A stretch of 64,000 bases of DNA. Source: Octopus bimaculoides (Eukaryota). The stretch is taken from NCBI RefSeq assembly GCF_001194135.2, contig NC_068982.1, forward strand, positions 110,925,526 to 110,989,525. The letters are read 5' to 3'. The notes below the pieces were generated by a model, which was not told where the DNA came from, made no database searches, and saw only the letters and a program-made list of their open reading frames with translations. Within the stretch, counting starts at the first letter, position 1. Each line of letters opens with the position of its first letter. The position numbers were made by a program, and so were the translations under genes. Below, piece by piece: positions 26,741 through 38,544 of the stretch.

Positions 26741-27763
26741 ACAGTACAGTGTGTGTTGAAACAGCTTGGTACCTACTGACAGCTAGGTAGACTGGGCTGA
26801 TGAAAGTGAATAGTCATGGATACAAAACAGAATTATACCATACCATATTTACTATATTTATGTACAGTTGAGTAGAAGGGACTATTGATAATCAGACTTA
26901 AACATGGACGCAGGACAGAAGGCTACCCTATGCTACACTGATATATNNNNNNNNNNNNNNNNNNNNNNNNNNNNNNNNNNNNNNNNNNNNNNNNNNNNNN
27001 NNNNNNNNNNNNNNNNNNNNNNNNNNNNNNNNNNNNNNNNNNNNNNNNNNNNNNNNNNNNNNNNNNNNNNNNNNNNNNNNNNNNNNNNNNNNNNNNNNNA
27101 TATATATATATATACTTAGAGCTTGGTGGACTAAACTGTTGCTATTTACGCGTCTCCGCCACTGAAACGGTTTACTGAGTCATACAGCACTGTAGTATCT
27201 AATTACAGTTAATTGGCTGGGTTTTTATGGTTATGTATAAATGTCATGTCCATCAATATCGTACAGTTGCTTATATCTCACTGTGATGTTGCGAAGAAAC
27301 AACGGTGTCTACTAACAGTCTTTAATAACTACTATGAAATATTTCGAAATTACATCTGTAGTGAAAATGAAAATTTGTGCACCAAAAATAAAGTTTAGAA
27401 TAGCAACAATTTAATACCTGATTTATTTCCGGTAAGGATTACAACAGAGATGAAGGTGTACAGTTTAAATGAAGATTATTTCCTCATCAGGCTTTAGAGT
27501 ATTCATGTGCTGTGTAATCTATACAAGAGAAAAAAGAAAATTTTCTTGAAGTATATTAAAAAAAACACAAACAAAAACGATAACTATATAAAAAGAAACG
27601 TGATTCTCAACGTTTGAAGATGATGGGATTCAATCGAATTGTCTCCAAGTCAACCAGATTTGTCTGTAGTTCAATCATTTCCTTGGGTCGTAATGTGAAA
27701 TAAGTTCTTTAGAAATAAAATTTCTGAGTAATGAATAATTTCTGAATTTAAACGTATAATGAT

Positions 27764-27947
27764 GGTTTCAGATTTTGGCACAAGATCAGCAATTTCGGGG
27801 GAGAGGGAATGCCGATTACATCGGCCCCAGTGCTCAACTTATACATATTTTATCGAATCCAAAAGGATTAAATGAAAAATCGACCTTGTTAGAATTTGAA
27901 CTCAGAGCATAAAGACAGACGTAATGGCGCTAAGCATTTCCCCCGCC
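27764..27947 (-). mobile_element. Degenerate Meta-domain-like SINE
   Basis: Tail ggtttcagattttggcacaag, central domain and B-box atttgaactcag are recognisable. Confidence 0.7.
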
Positions 27948-28596
27948 AAGACTTAATCGTATATTGCTTATGCATTAAACAGTATATAAAAATACAGATT
28001 CAACAGATTCATGTAGCAAATAAATATTTTTTGAGTAGGCTCAAGGCTCTTTTAGGAAGAGATATGATCTATCGTTCAGTCCCATTATATTATTGGTATT
28101 ATGATATCGATCACGTAAAGATGAAAGGCAAGTTTGACCTTATTGTCGAATACAATCAAAAATGTGATACAGTGAACTTTATACAATAAATTCTAAGAAC
28201 TAATTGATATCGTTTACACCAGCTTCAACATCCTAACGTTTAGAAATAAATAAATGAGACCCATGATATCTATTAATCATTTAAATCTTCACAAGATATT
28301 GAATATGTGTTGATCCAAGTTCAGTCCCGATAATTTATGGAGGCCAATTGTATGTAGTTGATGAAGTTAGCGATAGAATTCAGATGTTCTAATAAATATG
28401 AATTGATTTAATAAATAGACAAACAGTGGTGGAAAACATAATAAACACACATAAATAGGCATGAATCTAAGCATGCGTAATATTTTTCAATTACTTTCTA
28501 GCATTATCTCCATATATATATACGTATATATGTGTGTGTATGCGTGCTTATGTATATGTATATATACTGACATTTATATACCCACATATATGCATA

Positions 28597-28640
<44 letters not shown>

Positions 28641-29182
28641 ATATAAATACACAATCACGCACATATGTACGCATACCAATGTATGTATGTATGTATGTGT
28701 GTGTGTCTGTGTGTGTATGAATGCATGTATGTATGAGGCAGACAGAAAGATACATAGCGATATTTCGAATAAGCATGTATATACTCAAATTTTTCTATAT
28801 TCTAAACTCAGTCCAATGTACTTTTAATGAAGTTCTACACACAGCGCATACTCGAGTCAGGTTGATGCAGTAATTCTGTTTTTGCTGTACTTATAGTGAA
28901 GCTAAAGTTGATAGAGTTCTATGATGATAACGTAAACGTACTTGCATAGTCGGCTCATCTTCTACAAAAGACCTACAAACATCTGCAGACAACAGTTCAC
29001 ACGTAGTTAGATGTTTAACTTCAAGTTTTGCTTGCCATTTGGTAATGTTTTTGGAACATAGCAAAAGACTCTCGCCGGTGTGCCTTTATGAAAATGGACA
29101 GGAGTGTTAAAAACCTTTCTGAGATAAACAAATCCGATGTACAGGAACTGATCCGCTTTGCACGCATCTTCTGAATCTGTCT

Positions 29183-29290
<108 letters not shown>

Positions 29291-29614
29291 ATGTATATAT
29301 ATACATATATATATATATATNNNNNNNNNNNNNNNNNNNNNNNNNNNNNNNNNNNNNNNNNNNNNNNNNNNNNNNNNNNNNNNNNNNNNNNNNNNNNNNN
29401 NNNNNNNNNNNNNNNNNNNNNNNNNNNNNNNNNNNNNNNNNNNNNNNNNNNNNNNNNNNNNNNNNNNNNNNNNNNNNNNNNNNNNNNNNNNNNNNNNNNN
29501 NNNNNNNNNNNNNNNNNNNNNNNNNNNNNNNNNNNNNNNNNNNNNNNNNNNNNNNNNNNNNNNNNNNNNNNNNNNNNNNNNNNNNNNNNNNNNNNNNNNN
29601 NNNNNNNNNNNNNN

Positions 29615-29649
<35 letters not shown>

Positions 29650-29652
<3 letters not shown>

Positions 29653-30165
29653 GGCAAAAAGAAAATGGAGGGGATACAAAAATGACATACATCAGCCGGT
29701 AGACATTCTATTATGTCTATTTATTCCAAAACAAAAAGGAGTATTATAAGAATACATACACATGCAAAGGCTGTGTGCTACACAAATATATACTAGTAAT
29801 ACATGAAAGAGTAAAAGATTAAAAATCAGTTCCTTACGGCCGTTTCTGCAAAAAGGCCACGATATCCTCCATGCTTGCTCCACCTCTTCAGTGTTCTGTA
29901 GAGGTGAGCAGATAGAGTTTGGATGTTGAGTGTGCCTAGAGGCACACTCAACATTCAAACTTGGCTGGAACGCCGTAAGGAACTGATGTTTTAATCTTTT
30001 ACTCTTTCATATGTATTACTAGTATATATTTCTGTAGCACACAGCCTTTGCATGTGTATGTATTCTTATAATACTCCCTTTTGTTTTGGAATAAATAGAC
30101 ATAATAGAATGTCTACCGGCTGATGTATGTTATTTTTGAATCCCCTCCATTTTCTTTTTGCCGTA
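29650..30165. mobile_element. Young element with about 190-bp inverted arms, TA-flanked (MITE-like or inverted PLE ends)
   Basis: Arms 29650-29840 and 29972-30165 differ by 4 substitutions and 2 small indels. TA on both sides; internal hairpins in the spacer. Confidence 0.85.
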
Positions 30166-30419
30166 TAAATTAAGGGTAAACCACTCTTTACTCCCACTCA
30201 TATATGACACTCGATTGCGAAATTGCCACGCAATAACCAGCACTTGGGTATTAATAATTGGGCAGACTACCAGCAGTATATTGGGATAGGTACTATCCCT
30301 TGGTTGGCTTTCCAACTTCTAACTTTTACGCGTGTGTGTTTATGTACATAGTAGCTGCTTTCTTGTATATCAGCAGAGCTTTGGCTAGAAATAATCATTG
30401 AAATGAATCATTGATGATG

Positions 30420-31325
30420 TAATGTGAGGCCCTTGTATGACGCTTGAGCCCGGCCAAAGATTTGTACATTCTATTGTATAATACACAGCTGTGCTGGTTG
30501 GCAAAGGGAACAGGTGCTACAAAGTCTTTTGACCAGCCTTTTCAATTCCCCGACTGAAAGGCACACCTTTCCACAAGTTGCACATGTTCTGTTGTGAGCA
30601 ACAGCCGAATCACAATTTACAAGGGGTTGTTTCCAGTCACTTCTCTGATGGCTGACCAGGCTTGCATGACTCAAGCATTTCCTCTCACGAATTACACACA
30701 TAAAAAGCAACGTTCCCTCATTTACAACAGGTTCATTCTTTCTAAGCCTTCACTTGATCTTCTCGTGCTTCATTCGCTCTCTTTTAAACTTCGAACAACC
30801 ACTATGCACTTTCTTCCATTCATTTCGGTCTTGGGTTTCTCTCTCCCAATCAACAACTGAAACTTCTGTCTGTGGCAGAGCAATTCTGAGGCAGTCCTTG
30901 AACCTCATTTTGGATTTATGTGCTGGCCTCCTACCATCTTCCAGCTCACAATACAAAAGTTGCTTAGGAAGTCTTTCATCATTCATTCTCACCAGATGTC
31001 CACCCCACCTCAAACGACTTTGAAGAATCATCGATTCTACAGTCCTACTACAAGTTCTCACAAGTACCTTCACATTATTGATCGCCATTTTCTAATTTAT
31101 CCCAAGAATTTTCCTATGGAAATGTTGATGATATCGTTCCAAATTCCTTAAATGCCCAAGATAAACAACCCATGTCTCACTTTCATAGAGCAACGATAGC
31201 AGGACACATGTGCTATAAACCTCAACTTTAATTTGGAAAGATAAATTATGGCGTGACCAGAGACACTTGTCAAGCTTACCAAAGTCACTACTAGCCTCGC
31301 TGATTCTATACGAAATTTCAAGACC
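30420..31325 (-). mobile_element. RTE-clade (BovB-like) LINE 3' fragment
   Basis: EISYRISEASSDFGKL..LW..KVEVY..VL.SLLYESETW..LERYHQ..RKILGI*; LRWGGHLVRMNDERLPKQLLYCEL..GRR..RFKDCL..WE..QDR.EW; C-terminal C2H2-like repeats. Confidence 0.9.
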
Positions 31326-31807
31326 AATAGTTTACATACATACATACATACATATATATGTGCATGCATACATACATATATATGTGCATGCATACATATA
31401 TACATACATACATACATACATACATACATGCATTTTATGTTCTAGTGTACTTTCGTTTCAGTCATTATTATACTTCATTATATTATTGCACTCATGAATT
31501 CATTTCATGTTTATCGATCCCTTTCCTAAGATGCTTTTCGTGTAAAGAATTTTCTCTATATATCAGAAGTATTTGCTTTTACTACTACTACACGATTAGG
31601 TCCACCCACAATACTCGCTGTTCGTGTTGCCTTTGTCGGATATATACATTTACTCGTCGGCTTCCGTGCTATCTCGGGAACATCAAAATACAGTCGGGGT
31701 TTAAATTAATATATTTTCTCTATTTAAAGTATATTGTATTTATTACAGAGGCGTTGGCATTTTGATTGTTTGATGAAAAAATGTTTCATATCTATATGTA
31801 CATATGA

Positions 31808-32041
31808 GGGTGCATGACCTAATGATCACAGAGTTGCACTCATGATCTCGACATAATGGTTTAAATTCCTGCACTGGGTGGTACGTTTAGTTCTTGAGCA
31901 AAACGATACATCTTGCGGTGTTCTGCAATCATTTCGGCACCTGACATGTGGTAAACCGTGCACCTTTTCAGGCAACTTCTATTTCATGGAAGAAGTGAAC
32001 TAATGTACAACACATACATTTGATGACTATAAACAAATCAC
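31808..32041 (+). mobile_element. Degenerate tRNA-derived CORE-like SINE
   Basis: tRNA-like head gggtgcatgacctaatg…gtttaaattcc and CORE-like gttcttgagcaaaacgatacatc. Confidence 0.55.
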
Positions 32042-32228
32042 TTCTGAAATGATTTGTGTACAATGATCAAATGTATGTGTTGTACATTAGCTCACTCACT
32101 CCATCAAATCGACGCTGCCTGAAGAGGTGCGTGCAGGTCGTTCAAGCAAAAACACACAGACGTTGTCTTTGATGGCAGATTCCTTAAAGACACGTGCGTG
32201 TGCACATACAAACTCACACACACACACG

Positions 32229-32278
<50 letters not shown>

Positions 32279-32321
32279 NNNNNNNNNNTGTGTGTGTGTG
32301 TGTCTTCGGACAAAATAAGTG

Positions 32322-32336
32322 TCTACTACTACTACA

Positions 32337-32429
<93 letters not shown>

Positions 32430-32430
32430 T
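32322..32430. repeat. (TAC)n/(TAT)n compound microsatellite
   Basis: Direct inspection. Confidence 0.95.
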
Positions 32431-35239
32431 GCAAGCAAGTGGCAGATACAAGTGCTACCAGTTGAAAGCTCCTTATATCGGATATTAGCGTGTTTATGGG
32501 ACCTTTAGGAAAGAATATCTTATTCAGCCACAGTAAATCTGTAACCCAAATAGGTTAACTGTCCACTATTGACATGATGATCTCATAAAATATATGAAGT
32601 CAAGCATACCCATTATGACTACCCATCTGATAAGGCTACACCAGGCTTATGGGTCACAGCCATATCTGCGCAACATGGTGATCTCATATCAAGATAAACA
32701 TCGCATGACCTTGCAGGTGGGGACCCAGTTAGAATTTTCTTCAGGTGGAGTAGCCCATCCTGCTCACAAGGTCCCTGAATAAGGGTTGTTCAAGGATGTT
32801 GAACGAAACACCCATGTTTCCAGAGGCAAATTGTGTCTAGTACTTATCCGTTTGCTCTACCAGTTCTGCCATTCAGTCTTCTTTCGGTTAAAATAATATT
32901 TTAGTGGGAAGTAGCACGTCATTCGACAGAATTTAGTAGAATTCATGTTGAACAGACAGTTTCTGTATTGATTTCAGTGTAGAAATTCATATTGAAATTA
33001 TTTTCAAGGACGATAAACTCACTAGATCGATGTACAAAATGTTAGTAGTTGCTATTTCTTTGCGTTATAAGTTCAAAACCGGTCAACACTAGCTCTTCTC
33101 TTTTTATCGCTTTTTCACAGAGTAAATGTCAGCGTCCTTTTTTCTCGTCTTTTCTTTTTCGGTGCCTCCGAGATTTATTCTAGATCAGGTAGTTATCCTG
33201 AAACCGGAAACGTGATCGACCCAAATGCTTGCCCATGAGAATGCTCCTCTAAAATTATTCAAGTATTAGGTAAGGCAACGGATTAAGTCAGAACACCGGA
33301 ACAAATATCATAAATTATCGAGTCCAATGCTCAAACACATGATCCAATCCATCGTTCTAGATTGGTACTTTATATCATAGACCTCTAGAGGATGAAAAGC
33401 GAAGCTGACCTCCGCGAAGTTTGATGTCAGCTTACAGAGGGCCGGATCAAATACTGAACGCTCTTACGATTCAGCCATTTCGTAGTCTTTTTCATTCTCT
33501 TTAAGGTCGACTACACTCTTTCCTTCAAATTTGACTTTTCATTTATGTTTCTAATTAATATGGGTATACGTTAAGCGTCGAAACACAACTTAAGTTAGAC
33601 TGACTGAGCAAACCTGTGATCAGAGGTGTTGAAAACGCCAATGACTTGCTTTTGCAATAAGACTTTAAAACAGACTGGATGGTTATAGATAGAACATATA
33701 GGAACATAGATATGTTCGATCGGGGCTGACTTGGGGTTCGTCGTCAACATCAACAAGGGTGATGACCTTTTTGCGAAAGAACATTTTCAGAGAAAAAGCA
33801 TAAGAAGAATCAGTTTGCTTCACAGGTGTAAAAAGTCATGATGTTAAATTCCGAACCAGACTGTAGCAGTTCATGAAAATGAATTGAAGACAAAGAAATG
33901 TCATTAGGTTGCAAATGCTTTTCTTCTTTTTCTCCCTTTCTCTCTTTCCTCTTCATGAAACCTTTCTCCGTATTCTCTCCCCTAAGCTAATGACCTTTAG
34001 CTTCATAGTTCCATGCTAAATTCTCCGTTGCTTTATTGTTATTTGTTATTTCTGATGTTTGCATCTTAGCTTGGTTTTGCTCTATGCATTTGCGCATCTC
34101 TACATTTACTTGCATTTATTTGCTTTTTTTTTCGCTGTTTTCTTTTCCCAAGTGATAGAGGCAACGAATGTTCTGGATGTTCTGGCTGACTGATTGAAAG
34201 TGGAGAATTATATTAGAAAGGCAAGGACAAATCTGAGATGCAATGGTTTAGCAATACAACACTGATTAAATACATAAAACCCTTTTATTGATATTGATAA
34301 TGTAAAAGGTCAAACGGACTTAATGGTGCCAAAGTAACTTGAGGATTCTTATCTGGAAGCTATAATGGTAATGGATTGCTCTGGTAGATGTATTTCATGA
34401 TTAGTAGATTTAATAAAACGAGAAAGCTATTACTGCTGTTGATAATACTGATTGTGATGATGGTACTGAAACGACTGTTACTACTGAACAAGAAAGTTAT
34501 AAATACTGTCTTTAAATCAGAAGAAGATAGACAGTATGGGAGTTCGTAAAGTTTTCATCATTCAACTATTCTTAGGTTATAGCAGCAATTTCTTTCCCTT
34601 GTCAAATTACTTTGTGTTCAGGAAATTACTGTATTGGATCCAGTAAAGATAGACATATATAGAAATTTCATGAATGTTGGGAAACAGAACCTCAATTAGC
34701 AATAATAATTCGATAATACTTGGCCACTAGATGGCAGTAGCATAGCACCATCAGAAAAATGTGATTGTACTTCAATTGTGAATATTGCACGCTTACGTAC
34801 ATACGCGTAATGTATGTATATGTACATATACATGTATAATACATTTCCGTGTTAATTGCATGAGGTCTTCCTATAAGAAATAAGCTGGTTTCTAACAAGG
34901 AGACGAAACTCCATCACTGGATTACAAAAACGAAAGGCAGTTTCACGTTGAATTTTAGAAAATCTTTGCATATTTTTACCATTCTGCTTAACGCATCTGA
35001 AAACTGCGTGTTGGCTGGTTAGTATCTTGGCTTAAAATTCCCAGTTACTAAGCTGCGTTTAGACATTTACTAGGACAACGGAGTGTATAAATTATTATAT
35101 ATAAAGTGAATTTATAATCTGGGTAAAGATGAAATTTCGAAGTAGTTTTCTGTATCTCTAATTTTAGAAGAAATATCCATATCTGAAGTGCATCTGAACT
35201 TATTAACCATATAATATTTTTCTTTTTCATCTTGAACGG

Positions 35240-35504
35240 AATTACTGGACTAAATCTTCATCCATCATCGTGGAGGCCTACCAATTGGCCTTTTCCGATA
35301 TCTTGGGATTATACCTACCACTCGACTAACTGTTATCTGATAACTAACTGTTATCTGTGAACCTTGCGACATGTTCGGCCCAGCAGAACTTGTGCTTTCA
35401 GTACTTTTCAACCACATCGTTAATTTCGCTCCGTTCTCAAATGATCTCATTTCGAATCTGCTTTCTTAGTGATGTACCTAGCATGGATCTTTCGAAGGTC
35501 ATGG
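35240..35504 (-). mobile_element. RTE-clade LINE C-terminal fragment (distinct from the 30.4-kb family)
   Basis: FERSMLGTSLRKQIRNEII*ERSEINDVVE…KFCWAEHVARFTD…IPRYRKRPIGRPPR*W. Confidence 0.75.
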
Positions 35505-35921
35505 ATATATATATTACTGTATTAATGTGTCTGACTAATTAAAATTCTATTTATTTGTGCAGCTGAGGATAGCCCTGCATTTAAATAGATGTAATGATTG
35601 CATTGTTCAATTAACTGGATACGCTTGAAACGGTCGAACTGCATCACTTGATATCCTGTTGCTTATTTTGATGATATATATATACACAGTGGGGTGCAAA
35701 AGTAGGTATACAGTAAGTATCACATCAATGTCATATTACTTAATTCATTAAAATTATTAGCACATTAAATTAGTTAGCCTCATTTTTGATATTTTCAGTG
35801 TCATTAATCATAATAATACATTTATCTTAACTATGATAATACTTATATCGTAACTTAATTTTTTGACAAAAATAAATGAGTATTGTACGTGTTTCCTTTT
35901 TTCATACTTTTGCACCACCCC

Positions 35922-35988
<67 letters not shown>

Positions 35989-38405
35989 TTGTATGTGTCA
36001 AGCCTAATTGTGTTGTCTGCATTACCTCCTCCATATCAGCTCGTTCTGGATTTTGCCTTATAAGCTCTCTTGACGCCATGGGCCCTGCCTTGGATAAAAG
36101 ATTCCGAGTTTAAGTTCAAGTTCATTTGAACATCAATACATGTTTTATATACTGAGAATATCTCTCTCCTACTGTATCTCTCTCTATCCCCTCATCTAGC
36201 TCTGTCTGTCTGTCTCTCTCTCTCCGTTTCTCTCCCTATATATATGCACATGCACATATATACACATGTTTATATATACATATATGTGTGTATGCGTGCA
36301 TGTGTGTACATGCATAAATTTATACGTGCATACATAAATTTATGCATGCGCTATATAATGACTATAGGAACAAAGTCGTTGTCAGAACATGCCTCTGTGC
36401 GAGTGGTAACGATCTCTCTGCACTAACTTGCTGCCTTGTGGATAAGTCTAGAAAGACAAAAGTTAGGGTAGTACACTCTGAGAGAAAAACAAATTGTGGA
36501 GGTTAACCTGAGGGCAGTTTCTCGTAGACTGGATTCTTATAGACTGGATTCCTTGCAAGATTCTACAACTGGAAGGAGTTATCAGTTCATTTAGGTTGCC
36601 CTTCCTACTGGATATATTCCCATCACGGTAAATATAATAGCACTATGAAATATGAATCCTCACCACCTGTATAAATCATTATAGTGCGGGTTTCTTGTTT
36701 TTCAATAGAGTGGTGGATCTTGGATCTCAAGAGTTGGCGCTATAGTTATGGCGTATCTATTCATATTAGGAATTCATTCTACCGGAAGATTTAACTTCGC
36801 AAGACTTGTCAACATAACAGCGCTCTTCTGATTAAATCCAAAAATTTCTTGCATAAACCAGTGCGTCAAAATCTAATGAACACATTTTCTTGATGGTATT
36901 TAGACAAGAGCAACAGTTAAAAATTACATACTAATTCTTCTGCTTAACGAAGGACCTTCTAGGCGAGATAGTGTGGGAGTTGAATGTGGATATTATATAT
37001 ATATATATATATATATCACATCTTACTGGCTTAACAAGAAAGGAAAACATTTAGATAATGTAGTGACAGATACGCTATGTCTGAAAAGAAATATAGGCAG
37101 TATGATGTAGGACGGAACACCTTTCATTATAGGCCTGTTTGATCAGAGTCAATCTACGGCTACACAACAACAATAAAACTATAACAACATATGTTGCTCG
37201 ATAGAAAAGTTCCTACATATTCTTATTGTCAAGGCTGTGAAGGATTTACTGAAAATATTTTTTTGTTTTTCTTTCACAGGAATCAAAACGTTTTCAAGTT
37301 TTATCATAAACAGCTAAAAACAGAAATACACATCGATCGAATAACTACTAGTTCAAGTTAGAACTTATAAATAAAGGCTAGAGTAACATTCTCTCGTAAC
37401 TTCGAAAATCTGAACATGCCAACAGGTCTGGCCAGTTGATCAACCGATCTTTCTCCTCCTCAGTGTAGGACAATAGACATTATTTAGACACCAAACATAT
37501 GAGCTAATACGAACTACTCGACTTTATTGTTTCTAGACTAATATGGCAGACCGTCTGACTGAAGATTGAAGTGTCTTTTCTTCTCAATTTAAGAACTGCA
37601 ATACAATGTAGGATAAAACGAAGTCAATATTAAATTGGTTAACAGACTTTCTAGTTGTTTTTAACTTAATATGAATGAATGAAACCCTTTCTCCCAATTG
37701 AACACACGCCGACGCCCACTTATAGACGCGCAAAATACACACAAACATACACACTGTCACACTTTACGGATGAAAACACGTATTATATACGTTTACGAAC
37801 ACATGCACACATGTACACACACACACACACACACCTATTCACACACATACATAGTGTACATGCAGCTTATGCTGACGGTCACTTTTCTTATCAGCTGTCA
37901 TCCAGAGATCACAATGATATCGGCACCTTCAAGCGTATCGCCCACTCCATCCAGCAGTGCTAGAAAGCGAAGATACTACCAGTAGACGATCGGGTATTTT
38001 AGGATAAGAACAAAGCTTCTAAGCTACGTTCTCTGTCTATCTTATATCTCTCCACCTCTCTGTACTCCTTAGAGACACAACTTTAGCAACGTCCATCTAA
38101 ACTGCTCACTACAAATTTCTCATTTTGTCGTTAGTTAAACTACTAGCGTTTCTTTGTTTCCATTGCTTCCAGCTTTGTCCTTCATTTTTATATATATTTT
38201 ACACACATACGCATACGCTCACATACATATACTCACACGCACTCATGTGCAAATATTTGCACACACTGATATGCCTAGGTTTATACCCTGACATATAAAT
38301 ATATATATATTTATCTCTGTATGCATTTGTGTTTGTATATAAATTAGACATAGACACACACATATACATACTATTTATACATTATATAATATATTCTATG
38401 CATAC

Positions 38406-38436
<31 letters not shown>

Positions 38437-38460
38437 TGTATGTATCTATCTATCTATCTA

Positions 38461-38544
<84 letters not shown>

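Noticed and set aside
27140-27195. Minus-strand ctgtatga…GAGACGCGTA hammerhead-like motif
   Set aside because: Both core boxes are mutated and no stems close.
32590-32826. GC-balanced segment that looks like an abundant dispersed repeat
   Set aside because: No second copy in the window and no protein motif, so it cannot be supported from sequence alone.
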